The position numbers were made by a program, and so were the translations under genes. A DNA stretch of 64,000 nucleotides, from contig OZ252251.1 of NCBI GenBank assembly GCA_965249725.1, forward strand, positions 640,001 to 704,000, written 5' to 3'. The notes beneath the pieces are model-generated. The model saw nothing but the letters and a program-made list of their open reading frames with translations, made no database searches and was not told where the DNA came from. Positions 57,715 to 64,000 of this stretch are shown one piece after another. Numbering within the stretch: position 1 is the stretch's first letter; each line of letters opens with the position of its first letter. The stretch is from Longimicrobiales bacterium (GTDB taxonomy: Bacteria; Gemmatimonadota; Gemmatimonadetes; Longimicrobiales; Gaopeijiaceae).

Positions 57715-59064
57715 ATGCAACGCTCCCGGACCGGCATCCTCGCGGCTGCCATCCTTACAGTTCTCGCTACCAGCATGCCCGCTGATGCGTCTGCGCAAGA
57801 GATGAACGCGCTCACGCGTGGCAGTGACAATATCGAGGTGCTAGGGCATCTCCCCCTCGGACCCGCCCTAAACACGTCGGACATGGACGTTGAGCAGGAG
57901 ATGTCCCGTCCTTATGCCTACGTCGGTCGGATGGCATACGGTGGCGTTGGCGTGAAGGGCATGGACATCATCAGCATCGAGGATCCGTCGAATCCGGAGA
58001 TTCTGTACGAGTGGCGCATCGAGGACCAGGATCTCCACCTGGGCCTGGGCGGGATGGACGTGAAGCACTTCAAGTGGAACGACCGCTACTACGTGGTGCA
58101 GTCGCTCCAGTTTGGTCAGGGTGGACCGGACGCGGACCTCGGCGCGGTAGTGCTCGACGTCACAGGTCTTCCCGATCCGTCCACGGTGCGTGAGGTCGCG
58201 CGAATCCATGAGCCGCTGATGCCGGGTGGTTTCCACAACATCTTTATCTATAAGCACTCGAGTGGTCGGGTGCTGCTCTTCACGACCATCGGAGGACCCT
58301 TTGCTCAGATCTATGACCTGGGCACGCTCGTCGAGGGTGGCTCCACTGAGGATGCGCGGGCCGGCCGGGTGCCGAACCCGCAGTCCCAAGAGACCGGCGG
58401 TAACGGCGGGTACCACGACTTCTACGTCGGATACCATCCGGACACCGATGAAGACCGCTTCTACGGCGGCGGGCGCGGTGGTTACTACATCATCGACGTT
58501 ACGGATCTTTCGGATCCGCAGGTTCGCATCACCCTGACGGGCGTCAGCGGAGTGGGCGGTGGTCACACGTTCACGCCGAGCCCCGACGGCCGGTACGTGG
58601 TTGCCGAGACCGAGTACGAGTTCGCTCCGCTCCGGTTCTTCGACCTGCAGCCGGCGCTGGACGGCGAAACGACCAACATTCGTCGGCCCATCTCCGGCTG
58701 GACATCGAACTACAAGAACCTCGTGCACAACCACGAGGTCCGTTGGCCCTGGCTGTTCGTCTCGGGCTACCTGGACGGACTCCAAGTCGTGAACCTCCAG
58801 GATCCGACCAATCCGCAGACCGTGGGGTATTACGACACTTACATCGGTGCGCGCCGCGCGGATCGTACGCCCGTGTTCAACGGCGCGTTCGGGATAGACG
58901 TGAGAAACGCGGATGGGCTAATATTGATCAGTGATATGAGCACGGGGTTCTGGACCTTCCGAATGGACGGCTTCCAGGGCTGGAACGGCGAGCAGTGGGG
59001 AGTCCCCGACATCTCCAGCGCTCAGAAGTGGGATGAGCCCGTGCGTCGTCCAATAAGCGAGTAG
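57715..59064 (+). CDS. Secreted LVIVD-like His beta-propeller, array copy 10
   Basis: Same scaffold and His motifs; GGAGAG RBS. Confidence 0.85.
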   Translation: MQRSRTGILAAAILTVLATSMPADASAQEMNALTRGSDNIEVLGHLPLGPALNTSDMDVEQEMSRPYAYVGRMAYGGVGVKGMDIISIEDPSNPEILYEWRIEDQDLHLGLGGMDVKHFKWNDRYYVVQSLQFGQGGPDADLGAVVLDVTGLPDPSTVREVARIHEPLMPGGFHNIFIYKHSSGRVLLFTTIGGPFAQIYDLGTLVEGGSTEDARAGRVPNPQSQETGGNGGYHDFYVGYHPDTDEDRFYGGGRGGYYIIDVTDLSDPQVRITLTGVSGVGGGHTFTPSPDGRYVVAETEYEFAPLRFFDLQPALDGETTNIRRPISGWTSNYKNLVHNHEVRWPWLFVSGYLDGLQVVNLQDPTNPQTVGYYDTYIGARRADRTPVFNGAFGIDVRNADGLILISDMSTGFWTFRMDGFQGWNGEQWGVPDISSAQKWDEPVRRPISE

Positions 59065-59067
59065 ATC

Positions 59068-59613
59068 ATGAACATCTTTATTCCGATTGCGGTGGCGGTG
59101 CTGGGTGTAGGGCCCAACGGGGCTCAGGCGGCCCCGGCCATGTGTTTCGCCGCCGACAACCAGCCTCCCGTCTTCTATCGGGTGGAGCTCATCACCACGA
59201 AGCGAGTCCCGGGGTCGGGAATGGCGACCGGCGCGGGCGAGATCACGTTCACGCCCTCTCCGTTCGCGGTGAACCTCACGCCTGAGGGTGATTACCTGCG
59301 TGACGTGAACATCACCGTGAACGGTCTCAAGCCGGCTGCGAGCGGCAACTACGTCGCTTGGGTGACGACCCCCGCATTGGACCGCACCACGCGGCTCGGC
59401 GTGCTTGATGCCGACGGAACCGCCAGCGGACAGATCGCCTTCAACAAGTTCCTCCTCGTGATCTCTCTCGAGGAAGACGACGGCTCGTCCTCGGAGCGTT
59501 GGAAGGGACCCATCGCGCTGAGGGGCATGTCCCGGAGTGGGGCAATGCACACCTCTGCGGGGCACGGACCCTTCGTGGTCGAGAACTGCACGGGGTACGG
59601 CTTCAACGGGTAA
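59068..59613 (+). CDS. Secreted hypothetical beta-rich protein with His/Met/Cys tail
   Basis: Signal peptide, two Cys, MHTSAGH; starts 3 nt after copy 10. Confidence 0.7.
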   Translation: MNIFIPIAVAVLGVGPNGAQAAPAMCFAADNQPPVFYRVELITTKRVPGSGMATGAGEITFTPSPFAVNLTPEGDYLRDVNITVNGLKPAASGNYVAWVTTPALDRTTRLGVLDADGTASGQIAFNKFLLVISLEEDDGSSSERWKGPIALRGMSRSGAMHTSAGHGPFVVENCTGYGFNG

Positions 59614-59701
59614 GGAGTCAGCCCGTTCACAACGACATCCCCGTCGGTCTCGGTCATCCGTGGCCGACGGGGATGTTTCGCTTTCAACCGAAGTGATACG
59701 C

Positions 59702-61453
59702 ATGCGCCAGACCAATAGCCGACGGTCCGCTGGGCCGCGGAGATCTTACAGAATCCTAGGGGCCACGGTACTCGGCCTCTCCGTTCTCACCGGCCAGTTA
59801 CAGGCCCAGGAGATGGACCACAGCCAGCACGAGATGGAGATGGGTGACAGCCTGATGTGGACCATGCCTCCTCATCCCGTGTGGATGAACCCGGCCATGA
59901 TGGCGCCGTTCATGGGGATTCTCCCCGACGTCGAGCCGTTCATGCCTGGCTGGGAACTGGACATCATGACGTTGCCGGTCGCGAAGGCGCCCGAGGTGGT
60001 CCAGCTCGCATCAGGGGACACGCTCCGACTCGATGGCGGGATCCTACACGGAATGGTGGGCAGCCGGATGCTCAAGGTGTACGGGTTCAACGGCCAGTTC
60101 CCCGGACCGACGCTCAAGGTGCCCCAGAACGCGTCAATCACGGTGGAATTCACCAACAACATCGACTTCGCGACCACCCTGCGTTGGCACGGGGTGAGGG
60201 TGGAGAACGAGTACGACGGCGTGCCGGGCCAAACGCAGAGGCCGGTCCGCGTCGGGGCGACCTATACCGCGGAAGTCACGTTCCCGGATGCGGGCGCATT
60301 CTGGTATCATCCGCACCAGCGCGGGTACATCGCGCAGGATCTGGGTCTCTACGGTGCGATCCTCGTGGACTCGCCCGATCCCGACTACTACGCGCCCGCC
60401 AACTCCGAAGAGGTGCTAATCCTCGATGACGCCCTCATGACCGCGACGAACTGGGCTCCGTTCGGCCTGGAGGCCCCGACGAATGCTCTCATGGGGCGTT
60501 TCGGCAACGTGCTCCTGGTCAATGGACGTCCCGGCTTCAGGAAGGACGTCAAGAAGGGCGACGTCGTGCGGCTGCACCTGACCGACGCCTCGAACACCAA
60601 GAACTACAATCTCAGGGTCGAGGGTGACGTCCCGATGAAACTCGTTGCCGGAGACTTGAGCCGGTATGAGCACGAGCAGATGGTGTCCAACGTGATCATC
60701 GCTCCCGGGCAGCGGTACACCGTGGACACCAGGTTCGCCGAGTCGGGCGAGTACGCGCTCACCAACCGGATCACGGCCGTCGATCACTGGATGGGAGAGT
60801 ACTTCTATCAGGTGGATACGCTCGGTGTGTTCGTCGTCTCCGATGAGGAGACCGATCAGGACTACGGCGCGCAGTTCGCAGAGCTACGCACCAACGATGA
60901 CGTCGTGGCCGAGTTCGCGGCCGTGCGCGCCCAGGCGGGTCGCCAGGTCGATGAGGAACTCGTGCTGTCGCTCAAGGTCGGCGAGTTGCCGATCCCCGTC
61001 ATCATGATGATGGAGATGGATACTCTCTTCTATCCTCCGGTCGAGTTCAACGATGCCATGCCTATGATGAACTGGCTCTCCACGGGCATCGACGTCATGT
61101 GGCTCATGCACGAGCCCTCGCCCGGAGTGTCGCCTCGGGACCTCGGGCCGGCGGTCGGCTGGCGGTTCAAGCAGGGCGACATCGTCAAGATTAGGGTGTT
61201 CAATTCCCACGACTCGTGGCACCCCATGAGCCATCCGTTGCACCTGCACGGTCAGCGGTTCGCAGTGATCGAGCAGGACGGTGTGCAGACGGACAACCTG
61301 GTGTGGAGGGACACCATCCTGATTCCGGTGGGCACCACCATGGATCTTATGGTGGAGATGTCGAATCCCGGCACGTGGATGTTCAACTGTCAGATTCCGG
61401 AGCACGTGGGATCCGGCATGTCGATGAATTTCACGGTGGATCCGGTCAACTAG
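59702..61453 (+). CDS. Three-domain multicopper oxidase homologue with degenerate trinuclear site
   Basis: FNGQFPGPTL, RWHG, WYHPH, HPLHLHG, WRDT, NPGTWMFNCQIPEHVGSGM; Met/His-rich N-terminus. Confidence 0.9.
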   Translation: MRQTNSRRSAGPRRSYRILGATVLGLSVLTGQLQAQEMDHSQHEMEMGDSLMWTMPPHPVWMNPAMMAPFMGILPDVEPFMPGWELDIMTLPVAKAPEVVQLASGDTLRLDGGILHGMVGSRMLKVYGFNGQFPGPTLKVPQNASITVEFTNNIDFATTLRWHGVRVENEYDGVPGQTQRPVRVGATYTAEVTFPDAGAFWYHPHQRGYIAQDLGLYGAILVDSPDPDYYAPANSEEVLILDDALMTATNWAPFGLEAPTNALMGRFGNVLLVNGRPGFRKDVKKGDVVRLHLTDASNTKNYNLRVEGDVPMKLVAGDLSRYEHEQMVSNVIIAPGQRYTVDTRFAESGEYALTNRITAVDHWMGEYFYQVDTLGVFVVSDEETDQDYGAQFAELRTNDDVVAEFAAVRAQAGRQVDEELVLSLKVGELPIPVIMMMEMDTLFYPPVEFNDAMPMMNWLSTGIDVMWLMHEPSPGVSPRDLGPAVGWRFKQGDIVKIRVFNSHDSWHPMSHPLHLHGQRFAVIEQDGVQTDNLVWRDTILIPVGTTMDLMVEMSNPGTWMFNCQIPEHVGSGMSMNFTVDPVN

Positions 61454-61467
61454 GAGCGATCCGCTTC

Positions 61468-63903
61468 CTAGAAGACCGGCTGCCTGGCCTTCCGCACCAC
61501 GAAGAGCCCCTCTCGCATGCTCGTGAAGATGATCAGCCCGCTCTCGAAGAACGGGTAGTTGCTCCACGAACCGGCGAATCCGGGCGAGTTGTCTCCCACT
61601 GGAACGCTGTCGAAGAACCCGACCTCTCTCGGCTCGGCCGGATCCGATACGTCGAGGATCCTCAGTCCGCTCACATAGTTGGACTGGTACATGAACTGGC
61701 CGTTGACGTAGAGGTTGTGGTCGGACGCGGCGGTTTCGCCGAGATGCTCTTTGACCAGCACCGGATCGTCGAGGTCTTCGATGTCCCACACCAGCGTCCG
61801 TGTGCGCTCGACGAGGCCTCCCACCTCGTCTCCTTCGTCGTTGACGTAGAAGAAGCGGTGATCGTCCGAGATCCAGCCCTGGTGGACGTAGGCGGGGTTG
61901 GGGTAGACGGCCGTGGCGATCGAAACAGGATTCGACTTGTCCGAGACGTCTGAGATGCTGAGGGCGGTCTCGTTGGCGCCAAAGCAGACTTCCCTCCCGG
62001 CGTGATCCGTGTCGGGGCCCTGGTACACGAGACACTGAGCGTCGTGGCTGAACCCCGTCCCGTTGTTCCCGGTCTCGGTCTCGGAGAAGCACCCGGCGAA
62101 GACAGGGTTCGTCGGCTCGCGCACGTCGATCATATGCAGGCCGCCCCCACACGTCTCGCCCCCCATGCTCGCTCCGACCACGTAGGCGAAGCCCGTTTCC
62201 TCATTCATCACGATGTTGTGGGCGCTGAAGATGCCGTCGTAGTGAGCGGTCTCCTCGAACGTGACTGGGGCGTTCTCCACGTCACGCAACTGACGAAGAT
62301 CGAAGATCTGCACGCCATGTTCGCCGGCACCGTCGGCCACGATGAATGCGTGGTCGGCGTAGACCTTCACGTCACGCCAGAGATTCGTGCTGGCGCCCTC
62401 CGTGAGAGGAAGCTCTCCGAGGTACCGTGGATTCGTCGGGTCCTCGAGGCCTACGAAGGTCATGGCGTCCATGCGACCCACCAGGGCGTACTCGGTACCG
62501 GTCTGGGAGTCGGTCCACCCCCAAATGTCGTTCACCATGACCCCGCGGGCTCCGCCCAGGTCCTTGAGTGGCAGGAACGACACCAGATCGACATCGGAGC
62601 AGTTGAAGCCACCGACCGTGCCGGCGTCACTACACTCCTCGGGTGATCCGAGGATGCCGTCCATGCCACCGCCGTCGTCGATCAACGATTCGAGCACGGA
62701 CCACTCGCCGTCGGCGCTCGCGCGACCATATAGGCTGCCCATGCCCTCGAAGAAATCGGCTCCCGGGGCTCCCACGACGGCGATGTCTTCGCCGCCCGCG
62801 ATCGACACCCCCATGAACGACATGGCCGCCGTCATCGTCAACGCCTGGAGCTCCTGCCAACCACCGCCCGCCGAGGGGCGATACACGTAGGTGACTCCCG
62901 CCAGCGGAGCACCGACGAAGACATCACCGCCCGCACGGGCCAGTCCCATGCCGAATCCGGACTGGGGCGCCGGCGTGGACGACGTGATGGCATCGCCATG
63001 AACCCACTCCCCCGAGGCCGCCCTCTCGTACGTGTGTACGGCCCCGGCGAACTGGCTCGCGAGAGGCGCTCCGATAAGCGCTTGCTCCCCCTCGAGGACG
63101 ACCGACTGACCGAACATGCCGGGGCCCTCCTCTCCTGATATCACCCGGGAGCTCTCTACGAAGCCACCGGCTTCTAGCTCGAAGAAGTATGCAGAGCCGG
63201 ACAGCGGCGCGGTCGTGGCTCCCGGCACCAGCCCGGGGAACGGACCGGGCGCCCCGACCAGGAGGCGCCCGCCGTCGAAGGCCATGGCCGAGCCGAACCG
63301 CTCACCCGCTACGACCTCCGAACCCTCGATCGTGGCGATCTCGGTCCAAGCCCCGCCGAGCATGCGGAAGACCACGACGGCCCCGGCACCCTCCGCGTGA
63401 CCGGGTGCCCCTACGAGCGCGAAGTCTCCGCTGAGCGCAACCGAGCCTCCCAGTTCGTCACCCGCGGTGCGGGTCGCCGACCGGAGTACCGCTGCCTGTT
63501 GCCATGCTGCGTCTGCGCCAGACCGCCGGAAGACGTAGGCAGCGCCCCTGGCGTCATCGGTCTTGGGGGCACCGACGAGGAGTGTGTTGCCTGACGCGCC
63601 CAGGGCTTGTCCAAAGCCGTCCCCCACGGCGACCGAGGGCGACGTGACGACCGCCGCCTCGACCCACGTGCCACCGTTGTTCGCGAAGACGTTGACGGTG
63701 CCCGTGTGGTTCGGCGGGATGGGAAAGAACGGAAACTCGCCTGGACGGCCGACGAAGATCTCGTCGCCGTCGATGAACACGGCTGCTCCCAGGCCGGCCG
63801 CGCCCATGGGGGTGCCGTCCACTGGGGCGGTCTGAGCCATGATCGGGGTTCCGGCCAGCAAGAGGCCGAAGCCTGCAGCGAATAGACCTTGGGTGACTCT
63901 CAT
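61468..63903 (-). CDS. Choice-of-anchor B family protein with N-terminal FG-GAP repeats
   Basis: Signal peptide; repeated FG..VGAP..GAAYVF units; NDIWGWTD, WRDVKVY, AHNI, SHDAQC, VHQGW, DHNL, WSNYPFF; GAGGAG RBS. Confidence 0.88.
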   Translation of the reverse strand: MRVTQGLFAAGFGLLLAGTPIMAQTAPVDGTPMGAAGLGAAVFIDGDEIFVGRPGEFPFFPIPPNHTGTVNVFANNGGTWVEAAVVTSPSVAVGDGFGQALGASGNTLLVGAPKTDDARGAAYVFRRSGADAAWQQAAVLRSATRTAGDELGGSVALSGDFALVGAPGHAEGAGAVVVFRMLGGAWTEIATIEGSEVVAGERFGSAMAFDGGRLLVGAPGPFPGLVPGATTAPLSGSAYFFELEAGGFVESSRVISGEEGPGMFGQSVVLEGEQALIGAPLASQFAGAVHTYERAASGEWVHGDAITSSTPAPQSGFGMGLARAGGDVFVGAPLAGVTYVYRPSAGGGWQELQALTMTAAMSFMGVSIAGGEDIAVVGAPGADFFEGMGSLYGRASADGEWSVLESLIDDGGGMDGILGSPEECSDAGTVGGFNCSDVDLVSFLPLKDLGGARGVMVNDIWGWTDSQTGTEYALVGRMDAMTFVGLEDPTNPRYLGELPLTEGASTNLWRDVKVYADHAFIVADGAGEHGVQIFDLRQLRDVENAPVTFEETAHYDGIFSAHNIVMNEETGFAYVVGASMGGETCGGGLHMIDVREPTNPVFAGCFSETETGNNGTGFSHDAQCLVYQGPDTDHAGREVCFGANETALSISDVSDKSNPVSIATAVYPNPAYVHQGWISDDHRFFYVNDEGDEVGGLVERTRTLVWDIEDLDDPVLVKEHLGETAASDHNLYVNGQFMYQSNYVSGLRILDVSDPAEPREVGFFDSVPVGDNSPGFAGSWSNYPFFESGLIIFTSMREGLFVVRKARQPVF

Positions 63904-64000
63904 GTCTCGCACTCCTCGTAGGGATGGGGTCTAAATCTCGAAAAGCGGGAGGGATGACGCCATGGGTCTGTACGACATCTTCTTGCTCCTCGCCACTGCG

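Noticed and set aside
42960..59064. Diversity-generating retroelement as the source of loop variation
   Set aside because: No reverse transcriptase or template/variable repeat pair in the window; variation includes indels across many loops and synonymous divergence throughout.
42960..59064. Array as a collapsed or duplicated assembly artefact
   Set aside because: Copies differ at many synonymous sites, in signal peptides and in intergenic spacers, and all are intact ORFs. Local chimerism cannot be excluded without reads.

Overview
High-GC bacterial DNA, most likely Gemmatimonadota (inferred from the Ser/Thr kinase-type N-terminus, an ADOP-type orphan permease and many secreted beta-propeller proteins). 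The left two-thirds is a mixed region. It holds an MFS transporter, a VPS10/BNR protein, a REC/hybrid kinase/HD-GYP signalling cluster, an oxalate-CoA ligase-like plus PanE-like pair, several secreted hydrolases, soxCD-like genes, msrPQ, an RsmB/F methylase and a Nudix hydrolase. It also holds a metal-uptake operon headed by a small His/Cys-rich leader ORF ending in a RAPP arrest-like motif. The main feature is at 42960-61453: ten tandem paralogous secreted LVIVD/choice-of-anchor-B-like beta-propellers with an almost invariant scaffold, invariant His motifs and hypervariable loops. They are followed by a small secreted His/Cys protein and a multicopper oxidase homologue that keeps its type-1 Cu ligands but has lost three trinuclear-cluster histidines. 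The array is interrupted by an apparent solitary integron cassette with an attC site. No rRNA, tRNA, CRISPR array, integrase or transposase was recognised. All functional calls come from motif recognition by eye; no database search was run.
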